Assembly (NCBI GenBank): GCA_963707915.1
Contig: OY970178.1
Location: 2,816,001 to 2,880,000 of the forward strand
DNA: 64,000 nt
From: Candidatus Eiseniibacteriota bacterium
GTDB taxonomy: Bacteria; Eisenbacteria; RBG-16-71-46
Reading direction: 5' to 3'
A program made the position numbers and the translations under genes. Below the pieces are notes generated by a model that was not told the origin of the DNA, searched no databases, and saw only the letters and a list, made by a program, of their open reading frames with translations. This document shows, one piece after another, positions 38,326-51,906 of the stretch. The stretch's first letter is position 1, and every line of letters begins with the position of its first letter.

Positions 38326-39855
38326 TCAACGAACCAGCACGACACGGGCGCGCAGGTCGAGCCCTTCCCCATGCAGCCGGGCGAAGTACACGCCCGCACG
38401 CAGCGACTGGCCGCCCTGGTCCACGCCCTGCCAGTTCCACTCGCCATTCGTTCCGTCCAGGCGCGTCGCCCAGCGCCGCGCACCCGCAGCGTCGAAGATC
38501 TCGAGGTCGAGCGGGGCCGCGGTCGGCCTCCACGAGAAGCGCACCGTTCCCCGGGCGGGCTGCGGTCGCACGGTCAGTGCCAACCGCGGCGGCCGCGGCG
38601 GATCCACGACCCCGATGACCGGGTTCGCGATCCCGAGAGTCAGCGCGAGCGGGACCCCCTCCGGCGGCACCAGGGGGTTCCCGAGCAGGTCGAACAGCGG
38701 CAAGGGGGAATAGAGCCACACCGTGGTCAACTCGCCCGCCATGTTGGCGGCTTCCATGCCGGCCAGGAAGGGAGAGCCGATGGTGTTCTCGATCCCGTGC
38801 GCCCACGGCGGGGGGATCACGAGGTACGCCTGGATCATGCCCAGGTAGCCGGGCACGTTCGCCGGCATGTAGGCGGCCTCCGCCAGGTACCCGTCGAGCA
38901 GCGAGTCCCCGGTGACGGTGTCCACGATCTGCACGTAGGTGTCGGCGAGGTGGACCGTGCCGTTCTCCTGCGCTCCGATGAGCAGGAAGTGCTGGACGTG
39001 GACCGCCCCGCGTCCGACGATCGGGTCCGTCGGGAACTGGGCCTCGTTGATCAGCCCCGGACCGACGACCACCAGGCTGCCGACCGCCTCGTCGAAGAAG
39101 CCCTGGCTTCCGCCGAGCGCCGCGCAGTTCGACTTCGAGCCGTCGGGCACCAGCGGATCCTGGCCCGCCGGCGGAGCCACGCAGTGCTCCGCGATGGCCT
39201 GCGTGATGCCCTGAGCGGTGTTGACCGTCTCGCTGGTGCCGTGGTCGGTGAGGCCGTCATAGGTCGAGTTGAGGACGTTCATCTGCCGGAAGATGGCGTC
39301 CATGGCCGCCTGCATCCGCCGGTCCCGCTCGGCCTGCGCCTGCGCCAGGGCGTCGGCCGCCCGCTCCGCGTTGGTGGCCCCCTTGCCCTTGAACTTCATC
39401 CCGGTGAAGCCGCGCATGGCGTCTTCCACCTTCTTCTTCGCGTTCTGGTCGTACTCGTAGTGGTTGAGCGAGTCGTGGCCGCTCTCGTGCGCGCGCAGCG
39501 CGCTGTCGGCGTTCGAAGGCACGCGAATGTCGGTATGCCCGGTCAGCGTGATGTCGCCCAGCGAGGTGACCGTGAACGTGCTGTCGGCGGGGTTCCACGA
39601 GCCGCCGACCGCTCCGCCGCTCCAACCGATCCAGGCCGTGGCGTCGGCGTCCTCCCCGGGGGGCAGGTCCGGCGGTGGGTTGTCGGGTGGGAACTCGGTG
39701 ATGTCGGGCGGGCCCCACGGCGTGACGGTGACGCCGGCCGAGGCTGTCGCGGCCGAGACCGTGAGCAGGGCCAGGAAGAGGAGAGACACCCAGGGGGTTG
39801 CGGGGTGTCCGACGCGGGCCGACTGGCGTCGGCCGGGATGTAGCGAGTGGAACAT
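38326..39855 (-). CDS. Secreted protein with DUF922-like zincin (HExxH) domain and C-terminal FlgD-Ig/T9SS-like sorting domain
   Basis: Signal peptide; LRAHESGH and YD..TDHG; C-terminus P.P......L.IFDAAG......W.G.D..G.....GVYF.RL. Confidence 0.7.
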   Translation of the reverse strand: MFHSLHPGRRQSARVGHPATPWVSLLFLALLTVSAATASAGVTVTPWGPPDITEFPPDNPPPDLPPGEDADATAWIGWSGGAVGGSWNPADSTFTVTSLGDITLTGHTDIRVPSNADSALRAHESGHDSLNHYEYDQNAKKKVEDAMRGFTGMKFKGKGATNAERAADALAQAQAERDRRMQAAMDAIFRQMNVLNSTYDGLTDHGTSETVNTAQGITQAIAEHCVAPPAGQDPLVPDGSKSNCAALGGSQGFFDEAVGSLVVVGPGLINEAQFPTDPIVGRGAVHVQHFLLIGAQENGTVHLADTYVQIVDTVTGDSLLDGYLAEAAYMPANVPGYLGMIQAYLVIPPPWAHGIENTIGSPFLAGMEAANMAGELTTVWLYSPLPLFDLLGNPLVPPEGVPLALTLGIANPVIGVVDPPRPPRLALTVRPQPARGTVRFSWRPTAAPLDLEIFDAAGARRWATRLDGTNGEWNWQGVDQGGQSLRAGVYFARLHGEGLDLRARVVLVR

Positions 39856-40124
39856 GCGGCACCTCCCGGTTGAAGGGGCTCGGGGGAGGTCGCGGCCGCG
39901 GCAGGCCCGGCGGCCCGGGGCGGGGCGCGTCCTTGCGGCGAGTCTATCTCCCGGGCGGGGTGCCGGGCCACAGGATTCGTCACGCGGCGGATCGCGCCGG
40001 GAGGCGGGCCAGGGCCGGCTCTTCGCGTGCCGGGCCGCGTGCCGGGCGGGCGGGGCGAACTGACGAACGCCCAGGGCGATGCGGGGCGGGGGACACGATC
40101 CCCGGGCGCGGCCAGGACCTTCGA

Positions 40125-41357
40125 TCAGGCGGGCCGGTCCCCGGAAGACGTCCTGGCCACCCGCCGGTACACCGCCTCGAGCCGCGACACCACGGCCTCG
40201 CGCCCGTAGCGCTCCAGCGTCTGGCGGCGGATCCGCTCCGCGTCGTAGCGGTGCGCCTCGCCGAGCATCGAGCGCAGTGCGGCGGCGATCGCCTCGACGT
40301 CGCCGACTTCGACCAGCACGCCGGTCTCCGGCGTGACGATGGTCTCGGGCCCGCCGCAGCGGGTGGCGATGACGGGCTTGCCCGAGGCCCCGGCCTCGAC
40401 GAACACGATGCCGAAGGATTCGTGCCGGCTGGTGAGGACGAAGCAGTCGCAGCGCGCGAACTCCTCGCGGGCCCGCTCGCGCGGCAACTGGCCGAGCCAG
40501 GTGACGCAGGAGTCCAGGCGCAGTTCACCGGCCTCGCGCCGGTGCCGCCCGAGCAGCGGGCCGGCGCCGGCGATGCGGAACCGCACGCGCGGGCGGTCGC
40601 GCGCGGGCAGGTCGCCGATGAAGCGCGCCGCGCCGCGCAGCAGGTCGCTCACGCCCTTGAGCGGGTCCATGGCGCAGAGCGTGAAGAAGGTGAAGTGCGC
40701 GGGGTCGCCGGCCGGCTCGTTGCGGTAGAGCCGCTCGTCCACCAGGTTCGGGATCAGCTCGGGCTCGGGCAGGCCGAAGTCCGCGATGGTCCGGGCCAGT
40801 GCCGGTCCCACGGCGACGCGCGCGGCGGCACGCTCGAGCGGCTCGCGCAGGATGGGTTTGAGCCGGCCGTCGCCCCGCGCGTAGACCGGGAGCGGGAAGG
40901 GCCCCATGTGCTCGGTCACGACGTAGGGGATGCCGGTCTCCGCGCCCAGCTTCATGGCGATCCAGCCGGCGGGGTAGGAGACGTGCGCGTGCAGGACGTC
41001 CACCGGGCCGAAGCGCCGGACGGCGCGCCCGAGGTTGAGCCGGGCGGCGTCCAGCAGGGCCGCCCGGTTGCCGCCGAACCACCGCTCGGGCCACCACAAC
41101 GACGGGGTCATGAACTCGACCAGGTTGGGCGCCAGTTCACGCTCGCCCGCGCGCAGCGCCAACGCGTCGAGCAGGCAGCGCGGCGACTTGAGCAGGTGGG
41201 CGGTCGAGACGAACCCCTCGCCCTGGCCCCACAGGCACAGGCCCACGTTCCAGTCCGGCCGGGTCGCGGCGATGGCCCCGGCCTGCTCGACCAGGAAGCT
41301 GCCCTCCCAGGGATAGCAGCGGTGCGGGTACCAGGACGGGATGATGAAGAGGTTCAC
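40125..41357 (-). CDS. Glycosyltransferase family 4
   Basis: IPSWYP, DVLHAH, YVVTEH, KG...LL, ESFG....EA.A.GKPVIAT.CGGPE; GTGA overlap with the NUDIX stop. Confidence 0.92.
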   Translation of the reverse strand: MNLFIIPSWYPHRCYPWEGSFLVEQAGAIAATRPDWNVGLCLWGQGEGFVSTAHLLKSPRCLLDALALRAGERELAPNLVEFMTPSLWWPERWFGGNRAALLDAARLNLGRAVRRFGPVDVLHAHVSYPAGWIAMKLGAETGIPYVVTEHMGPFPLPVYARGDGRLKPILREPLERAAARVAVGPALARTIADFGLPEPELIPNLVDERLYRNEPAGDPAHFTFFTLCAMDPLKGVSDLLRGAARFIGDLPARDRPRVRFRIAGAGPLLGRHRREAGELRLDSCVTWLGQLPRERAREEFARCDCFVLTSRHESFGIVFVEAGASGKPVIATRCGGPETIVTPETGVLVEVGDVEAIAAALRSMLGEAHRYDAERIRRQTLERYGREAVVSRLEAVYRRVARTSSGDRPA

Positions 41358-41866
41358 GGGGCCGCCGTGCGGCGACGCGCTTTGCATGCGGGGCGCTCCA
41401 GCAAGTGGGTCACCTCGAGCGCCGCGGCCAGCGGGCCGCCGCGCAGGACCTGGCGCTTCGCGTCCTCGAGCCCGCGGCGCTGCGACTCCCAGAGGTAGCG
41501 CCGGCCCGCCTCGGCCGCCGGCAGGAACGCCCAGTCCACGTGCTCGCCGGACAGCCGCACGTCGGCGTCCGGCGCGGCCTCGGCCACGAACCGCGGGTAG
41601 CTGCGCATCCGGTCGCGGGACGCGTCGTAGAAGGTGGTCGGGGCCTCCAGCGCCCACCAGCGCAGCGGCACGAGGCCGGTCTCCTCGCGGACCTCGCGCG
41701 CCGCCGCGGCCAGGCCGCGCTCGCGAGGGAAGCGTCGGCCGGTCACGGGCTGCCAGACCCCGGGCAGGAAGCGGACCCGGCCGCGGCGCAGGCAGAGGAA
41801 CTCCACCTGGCGGCCCCGGCGTCGGAAGACGTAGACCTCGATGAATGCGCTGTGCGAGTCGGCCAC
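41354..41866 (-). CDS. NUDIX hydrolase (NudB-like)
   Basis: WQPVTG....E....AA.REVREETG Nudix box; LS.EH. Confidence 0.85.
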   Translation of the reverse strand: MADSHSAFIEVYVFRRRGRQVEFLCLRRGRVRFLPGVWQPVTGRRFPRERGLAAAAREVREETGLVPLRWWALEAPTTFYDASRDRMRSYPRFVAEAAPDADVRLSGEHVDWAFLPAAEAGRRYLWESQRRGLEDAKRQVLRGGPLAAALEVTHLLERPACKARRRTAAP

Positions 41867-42004
41867 GGGAGCGCAGCATAGGCCGTCGCTCCCCGGCTGG
41901 CCAACCGCGGCGACCCGCCGCGCGATGCCGTCGGGCCGCGGCGCGCGGGCGCCGCGGGGACGCTGCGGGCATCCGCCGAATGCGTCGCGGGCGCTGCGGT
42001 TCGT

Positions 42005-42034
42005 TTGACCAAGGCCTGACGCATTGGCTAGATT
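42005..42034 (+). promoter_or_regulatory. Probable atp operon promoter
   Basis: TTGACC (42005-42010), 18 nt, TAGATT (42029-42034). Confidence 0.55.
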
Positions 42035-42112
42035 GCCGTGTCCGGTCGGGTGCCCGTCGGTTCGACGGCCATCGCCGCGATCAGCGAGAGGGATCTCACC
42101 GGGGTCGGTTCG

Positions 42113-42370
42113 ATGGCCAAACCGCCGGAAGAGGACGCGTACGCCGCACTTCGCTCCTCCGGCCTATTGCTTGCCATACCCACCCTGCTGATCGTCTCCC
42201 CGCTCGCCGGATTCTTCCTCGGTGCCTGGCTGGACCGCTGGCTTCACACGGGTCCGTGGTTCGCAATCGTGGGCCTGGCGCTGGGTTTCGTGGCTGCCGG
42301 CCGCGAGACGTGGTTGATCTATCGCCGTACGCTCGAGGCCGACGAGCGCCAGAAGAAGAAGGAGAAGTGA
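42113..42370 (+). CDS. AtpZ/AtpI-family small membrane protein (ATP synthase gene 1)
   Basis: G..LG.WLD....T.PW..IVG..LG; first gene of the atp operon. Confidence 0.85.
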   Translation: MAKPPEEDAYAALRSSGLLLAIPTLLIVSPLAGFFLGAWLDRWLHTGPWFAIVGLALGFVAAGRETWLIYRRTLEADERQKKKEK

Positions 42371-42397
42371 AGCGCCCCTGACCGGGCGCTCACCCTT

Positions 42398-43763
42398 ATG
42401 GGCCTCGAATTCCTCGCACGCGTCCGCAGCACCACCCTGTGGCTGGCCACCATCGCCGCCCTGATGGTGGCGAACTACGCCGGCTGGCGCACGGGCCTCG
42501 GCGTGGCGGCCGGCGCGGCATGGTCGCTCGCGAACCTCGCCGCACTCGAGCACCTGGTCGTGACCGTGACCGGCGCCGAGCGCCGGACCGCGCTCTCCGC
42601 GCGGCGCGCGGCCTGGACCCTCGCCGGCATGCTCGCGCTGCTCGGCGCCGGCTGGCTGCTGCTGAGGGCGCTGCCGCCCGCGGCGCTGGTGGCGGGCTTC
42701 CTCGGGCCCTTCGTGGTCATGGTGTTCAAGGCGGCCGCGGCGCTGCTGCTCGATTCGCCGCTGTGGGCGCGCCTGACCCGCTCGCCGTGGCGCGCGCTCG
42801 CGCTGGTGGCCGGGGTGGCGGTGCTGGCCTGGGCGGTGGCGGCCTCGCTGCCGTCGCTCGGCGGCGCCAGCCCGGCGCACGAGCCGCCGGCGCAGTCGGC
42901 GGCCGCCGCGGCCCCCGCGGCCCCCGCGGCCCACGAGGGCGGCGAAGCCGCGAAGCCGCCGGGCGGCGGCTCCGCCGGGCCGGAGAAGTTCGCCAACGTC
43001 GTCAGCGTGCTGGTGAGAGCCAACCCCGGGGCGGAGTGGTCCCACTGGCTGCACCGCTTCGAGCCGGTGCTGTTCTCCCTGTTCGTCGCGCTCGTGCTCT
43101 CGCTGGTCGCCTTCCTCGCCACGCGCGACAAGCGGATGAATCCCGGGGCCGCTCCAGAACGGGGTCGAGTACGTCGTCGAGCTGCTCTACGATTTCGTGG
43201 TCGGCATCCTCGGGCCGAAGTACGGCCCGCGTTACGTGCCCTACCTGGGCACGCTGTTCATCTACATCCTGGCGATGAACCTGTTCGGGCTCATCCCCTT
43301 CATGGATTCGCCCACCTCGAGCCTCAACGTCACCGTGGGGCTGGCGCTCTGCACCTTCCTGTACGTGCAGTACACCGGCATCCGCGAGCTCGGGGCGCTG
43401 GGCTACGTGGACCACATGGCGGGCAACCCGCGCTCCGCGATCTCGTGGTTCATGGTGCCCATCATGCTGCCCGTGCACCTGATCGGCGAGCTGGCCAAGC
43501 CGGTCTCGCTCTCCTGCCGACTCTTCGGCAACGTGTTCGGCGAGGACATGCTGCTGGTCGCCTTCACCTCGCTCGGCGTGGCGACGCTGTCGTTCGTGCA
43601 CTCGCCGGTCGGCATCCCGTGGCAGTTCCCGTTCCTGGTCCTGGCGTTGCTCACCAGCACCATCCAGGCGCTGGTCTTCACCGTGCTCAGCACGATCTAC
43701 CTGCTGCTCATGCTGCCTCACGAAGAACACGGGCACGAAGAGGCTGCCCAACCCGTCCACTGA
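42398..43763 (+). CDS. atpB: Fused ATP synthase protein I (UncI) and F0 subunit a; one-base frameshift at about 43139-43140
   Basis: N-terminal 4-TM AtpI-like part (G...GAAWSLAN) in frame with the subunit a start; removing one A restores MIPGPLQNGVEYVVE..., followed by NLFGLIP, PTS.LN, KPVSLSCRLFGN, IQALVF..L..IY. Confidence 0.88.
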
Positions 43764-43779
43764 ATCCGGAGGAACGACC

Positions 43780-44013
43780 ATGCCTTACGCGTCCGCACTC
43801 AGCTTCGCCCTTCCGCTCGGCATCGCCATCGCCGCCATCGGCTCCGGCATCGGCCTCGGCATGATCGGCCAGGGTGCGATGCAGGCGATCGGCCGCCAGC
43901 CGGAGGCCGCCGCGAAGATCCAGCTCGCCATGATCATCATCGCCGGCCTGGCCGAGGCGCTCACGATCTACGCGTTCGTGACCATGTTCGTGCTGTCGGC
44001 CAAGATCGGCTGA
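43780..44013 (+). CDS. atpE: F0 subunit c (proton-type signature)
   Basis: GxGxG helix, RQPE loop, GLAEALTIY. Confidence 0.96.
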   Translation: MPYASALSFALPLGIAIAAIGSGIGLGMIGQGAMQAIGRQPEAAAKIQLAMIIIAGLAEALTIYAFVTMFVLSAKIG

Positions 44014-44045
44014 GAGACCACCGCGCGCGCGCCGAAGGAGCCCGC

Positions 44046-44618
44046 ATGACGACGTTCCGGACGACGCTGACGATCACGCTGCTCGCCGCCCTGCCGGCCG
44101 CTGCCCGGGCCGCGGAGGGGGGCGGGGCGAAGCCGCTGATCGACCTGCCGCTGGTCCTCACCCAGATCCTCGGCTTCGTGATCCTGCTGTGGGTGCTGCG
44201 CTCGCTCGCCTGGGGGCCGCTGGTCGGCCTGCTCGAGGAGCGCCGCCGGAGGATCGCCGGTGAGTTCGAGGAGGCGGAGCGCCGCAAGGCGGAAGCCGAC
44301 GTCCTCAAGGCCCGCTACGAGCAGGACCTGAAGGGGATCGAGGCCCAGGCCCGCCAGCGCATCCTGGAGGCGGTCGCCGAGGGCCAGCGGGTGGCGGCCG
44401 AGATCAAGACCCATGCCCACGCCGACGCCGCGGCCCGGCTGGTGCGCGCCGACGAGGAGATCGCCCACCAGCAGGAGACGGCCCGCGAGCTGCTCAAGCA
44501 GCAGGTGGCCGTGCTCTCGATCCGCACGGCGGAGAAGATCCTGCGCCAGAAGCTCGACGATCCCGCCCAGCGCCGGCTGGTCGAGAGCTTCATCGAAGAG
44601 GCGGACCTCCGCTCATGA
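44046..44618 (+). CDS. atpF: F0 subunit b
   Basis: Q...F..L.W.L...AW.P....L.ERR..I; coiled coil; signal-like N-terminal extension. Confidence 0.92.
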   Translation: MTTFRTTLTITLLAALPAAARAAEGGGAKPLIDLPLVLTQILGFVILLWVLRSLAWGPLVGLLEERRRRIAGEFEEAERRKAEADVLKARYEQDLKGIEAQARQRILEAVAEGQRVAAEIKTHAHADAAARLVRADEEIAHQQETARELLKQQVAVLSIRTAEKILRQKLDDPAQRRLVESFIEEADLRS

Positions 44619-45172
44619 GACAGGACGCCCTCGCCGCCGAGCGCTACGCCCGCGCCCTGTTCATGGTCGCGGAGCGCCGCGGCGAGATCTTCGAGGCGCT
44701 CGAGGACCTCAAGCGCCTGCTCGCGATGGTCCGCGAGGACCCGCGCCTGGGCGGATACCTGCGCTCGCCGCAGGTGGCGCTCGAGCGCAAGCGCACCCTG
44801 CTGCGCTCGGCGCTGGCGGAGCGCGTGCTGCTGCCGGTGGCGAGCTTCATGGACCTGCTGCTGCGCAAGAAGCGGATGGGCCTGTTCCCCGCGACGGTGG
44901 ACGAGTACGAGAAGCAGGTGCGCGCCTGGCAGGGCCTGCAGGAGGCCGAGGCGGTGAGCGCCGTGCCGCTCACCGAGGACGAGGTGAAGCGCCTGCACGC
45001 CCGCCTCGAGAGCAGCACCGGGCTCACCATCGAGCTCAAGACGCGCGTGGATCCGGGCCTGCTCGGCGGCCTCACCGTGCGCATCGGCGATCGCGTCATG
45101 GACCGTTCCGTGAAGGGCCTGCTCCGGTCGCTGCAGGAGCGGCTCTGCGAGGTCAGCCTCCACACCCACTAG
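44615..45172 (+). CDS. atpH: F1 subunit delta
   Basis: A.RYARALF, SAVPL, VDP.LLGG..V.IGD.V.D.SV. Confidence 0.94.
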   Translation: MRQDALAAERYARALFMVAERRGEIFEALEDLKRLLAMVREDPRLGGYLRSPQVALERKRTLLRSALAERVLLPVASFMDLLLRKKRMGLFPATVDEYEKQVRAWQGLQEAEAVSAVPLTEDEVKRLHARLESSTGLTIELKTRVDPGLLGGLTVRIGDRVMDRSVKGLLRSLQERLCEVSLHTH

Positions 45173-45212
45173 CAGGAAGACGTCCCTCCACCATCCATCG
45201 GGGTTCGCACCC

Positions 45213-46721
<1,509 letters not shown>

Positions 46722-46724
46722 GCC

Positions 46725-49054
<2,330 letters not shown>

Positions 49055-49059
49055 TGAAC

Positions 49060-49347
49060 ATGGCGGCGGCCCAGTTCGAGCTTTCGGTCCTCACCCCCGA
49101 GCGGGCGGTGTTCGAGGGCAGGGTCGAGTACGTGCAGGTGCCCGGCACCGAGGGCTACCTGGGCGTGCTGGCCGGTCACGCGGCGCTGGTGACCGAGCTG
49201 GCCGCGGGCACGCTGACCGTGCGCAAGCCGGGCGGCGACGAGGTCCGGTGGCAGGTGAGCGGCGGCTTCTTCGACGTCGCCGCGGACCGGGCCACCGTGC
49301 TGGCCGACGCGGTGAGCGCGGACGAGCCGGAGGCGGCGCAGGACTGA
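49060..49347 (+). CDS. atpC: F1 subunit epsilon, short form without the C-terminal helical domain
   Basis: LTPE..F.G.V..V..PG..G.LGVL..HA, VSGGF; ends at 95 aa. Confidence 0.92.
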   Translation: MAAAQFELSVLTPERAVFEGRVEYVQVPGTEGYLGVLAGHAALVTELAAGTLTVRKPGGDEVRWQVSGGFFDVAADRATVLADAVSADEPEAAQD

Positions 49348-49387
49348 AGCGCCGGCCGGTCCGCGGCGCCGGGCCTTCGACCGTCCG

Positions 49388-50041
49388 TCAGCTCCCGCCG
49401 AAGGGGAACTCCAGGCCCAGCATCGCGTAGATCGCGCGGTTCTTCACCTCACCGCCGAACGGCAGGTCCGAGATGTCCGTCAGCCCGAACGTGTAGCGGC
49501 CCTCGCCGACCACCCGGAGCCCGTCGAGCCGGACGGCCAAGGCCCCACCCACCGCGAAGCCGAAGTCGGTCGTCTTGACCACGTCCGTGCCCTGCGAGAA
49601 GTCGACCAGGCCGCTGACGCTCAGCTTCTCGCTCGACTTCATCGAGACCACCGGGCCGGCGAGCAGGCGCAGCCCCAGCGGGTCCGGCGTCGGCAGCGAC
49701 AGCCGCAGGAGCAGCGGGATCTCGACGTAGTCCACGTCGAGCGTGCTGGCCACCTCGCCGATGTGGATGGGGCCGATGGAGACGTCGCTGCTGAACAGCT
49801 TGGCCCCCTTGCGGACGAACAGCAGCTCCGGCTGGATGCCGAGCATCGGCGCCACGTCGAACGAGGCGTAGACGCCGCCCACGAACCCGGTGCGGTTGTC
49901 GGTGTTCAGCGGGTCCGCCTGCACCTGCGACAGGCTGAGGCCACCCTTCACGCCGAGAGCCATGCCGGCCTGCGCTGACGTCGGGGCGAGCAGGGCAAGC
50001 GCCAGGGCCATGACCGTGATGCCGGGGAGGGAGCGCTTCAT
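49388..50041 (-). CDS. Outer-membrane beta-barrel (porin/PorT-like family)
   Basis: Signal peptide, GVKGG.S.S, IQPELLF..KG, YVEIPLL, RY..GL, C-terminal LGLEF; GGAGG RBS. Confidence 0.85.
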   Translation of the reverse strand: MKRSLPGITVMALALALLAPTSAQAGMALGVKGGLSLSQVQADPLNTDNRTGFVGGVYASFDVAPMLGIQPELLFVRKGAKLFSSDVSIGPIHIGEVASTLDVDYVEIPLLLRLSLPTPDPLGLRLLAGPVVSMKSSEKLSVSGLVDFSQGTDVVKTTDFGFAVGGALAVRLDGLRVVGEGRYTFGLTDISDLPFGGEVKNRAIYAMLGLEFPFGGS

Positions 50042-50280
50042 GGAGGACCTCCGTGGGGTGGATCGCGTGACACTGTCCGGGCGGCCATGGTGACTCCGCC
50101 GGGGGGGGCGTTGCGGGGAATCTACCGCATTGGATTGCGTCCGGCGCGATCGGGTGCAGGGACGGATCGCGTTTGCGGAGTCCACGGCCGGGTCCGCTCG
50201 AGAAAGCCCGCACCACCCGCCACCGTGGCTCATCGACAGGGGCAAGCGCCGCGCGCTGTCGACCTTCGCAGAGGAGCACG

Positions 50281-50601
50281 ATGACCATGCGCACCCTCAT
50301 GAAGATCTCCATGCCCGTCGGATCGGGCGCCCCGAACGTCAAGGACGGAACGATCGGGCGCATCCTCGGTGAGACGACGAACCGCCTCCATCCCGAGGCG
50401 GCCTACTTCTACCCCGAGCACGGTCACCGCACCGCCATCATGGTGTTCGACCTGAAGAACCCCTCCGAGCTGCCGATCATCACCGAGCCGTTGTTCACCG
50501 AGCTCAACGCCACGGTGGAGATGTACCCGGTGATGAACGCCGATGACCTGAAGAAGGGCCTGGGGGCCTACATGGACCAGAACGCGGCGTTGCATCGCTG
50601 A
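50281..50601 (+). CDS. Small conserved protein (DUF3303-like)
   Basis: PEAAYF....G.R....VFD....S..P...EP.F......VE..PVMN..DL..GL; GAGGAG RBS. Confidence 0.75.
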   Translation: MTMRTLMKISMPVGSGAPNVKDGTIGRILGETTNRLHPEAAYFYPEHGHRTAIMVFDLKNPSELPIITEPLFTELNATVEMYPVMNADDLKKGLGAYMDQNAALHR

Positions 50602-50693
50602 GCGCCCGCCGCCCGCGTCACTGGAGCGCGACGGGCCCGCGGTCCGCCGGGGGACTCCCGGTGGCTTCGAGAGGGTCGAGCGGGGCGATGTCC

Positions 50694-51600
50694 TCAGCGT
50701 CCCGCCCGGCCCTCTTCCAGTTCCTCGAGCGTGCGCGGCCAGTCGTCCTTGAGCAGCCGGGAGAGCGCCCGGTCGGCGAGCAGGCGGCCCCCGGTCTGGC
50801 AACGCGCGCAGTAGTTCGTCTCGTTCTCCGCGTAGACCACCCGCTGCACCGGCGCGCCGCAGTCGGGGCAGGGCTTGCGCCAGCGGCCGTGGACGGCCAT
50901 GCCTTCGCGGAACGCGGTCACCTTCTCCGGGAACTCCTCGCCGCTCTCCGCACGCAGCCGCGCGGTCCACTCCGTCCAGCACCGCCCGGGTCGCCGCGAA
51001 CAGCCGCTCGCCCTCCGCCTCGTCGAGCTGTGACGTGCGGCGCGAGCGGCGAGAGGCGCGCGCGGTGGAGGATCTCGTCCGAGTAGGCGTTGCCGATGCC
51101 GCTGAAGAGCCGCGGGTCGGTGAGCGCGCGCTTGAGCGTGTGGTCCTCGCGCAGGAGCGCGGCGCGGAACGCCGGCGAGGTCCGCGCTCCAGCACCTCGA
51201 GCCCGCCGGGGTCGAGCGCCTGCAGCGCCGCGGCCCCGGCGACCAGGTGCAGGGCGGCGCGCTGGCGGGTGCTGGCCTCGGTGAGGAGCAGCGTGCCGGT
51301 CGAGAAGTCGAGCGCGGCGAGCCCGATGCGGCCCGGGAGCTTCGCGCCCGCCTCCCGCCAGCGCAGGCGCCCCGCGATCATCAGGTGCAGCACCAGCGCG
51401 AGCTCGCCCTCGAGCGCGAAGACGATGCGCTTGCCCATGCGGCGCACGCCGGTGACGCGGCAGCCCTGCGCCGACTCGAGCGGCGGCACGGCGGTGCGCA
51501 GCAGGTTCGGGCTGCGCACGCGGGCGCCGGCGAAGGTCGCGCCCGCGAGGCGGCGCTCGAGGTGCTCCACGGTGACCGTGATGTCGGGCAGTTCGGGCAC
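50694..51600 (-). CDS. Fpg/Nei family DNA glycosylase, interrupted by three frameshifts (about 51185, 51045, 50975)
   Basis: N-terminal [17 protein letters not shown]2[15 protein letters not shown] in a second frame; zinc finger CPDCG...YCARCQ in a third frame. Confidence 0.88.
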
Positions 51601-51705
51601 GACCGGAGGATAGCGCAGGCCTGCGCGCCGCCGTAGTTCGTCGTATGATGGCCGCCAGCCGAGCGGGCCGTCCGGCCCGCCTCGCCTTCCACTCGCGGGG
51701 ACCGC

Positions 51706-51906
51706 ATGCGAGCCGTGCCCGAGCCGCCCGAGGAAACCATCGTCGCCCTGGCCCGTGCGCGCGGGCTGGCGCTCGACGCGGCGCGCGCCGCGGAACTGCG
51801 GGCGCCGCTCGAGAGCCTGCTCGGCCGCCTCGCGCGCATCGGCGCGGCGCTGCCGCGCGCCGCCGAGCCGCCGCCGTCCGGCCTGCCCGGGGACCCCCTG
51901 CCGTGA
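51706..51906 (+). CDS. Small protein preceding the amidase (GatC/AtzG-like)
   Basis: 66 aa, LA...GL.L...R..EL pattern; GTGA overlap with the amidase. Confidence 0.5.
   Translation: MRAVPEPPEETIVALARARGLALDAARAAELRAPLESLLGRLARIGAALPRAAEPPPSGLPGDPLP

Noticed and set aside
43780..44013. Na+-translocating ATP synthase
   Set aside because: Subunit c has E-A rather than the E-S/T plus Gln sodium-binding signature.
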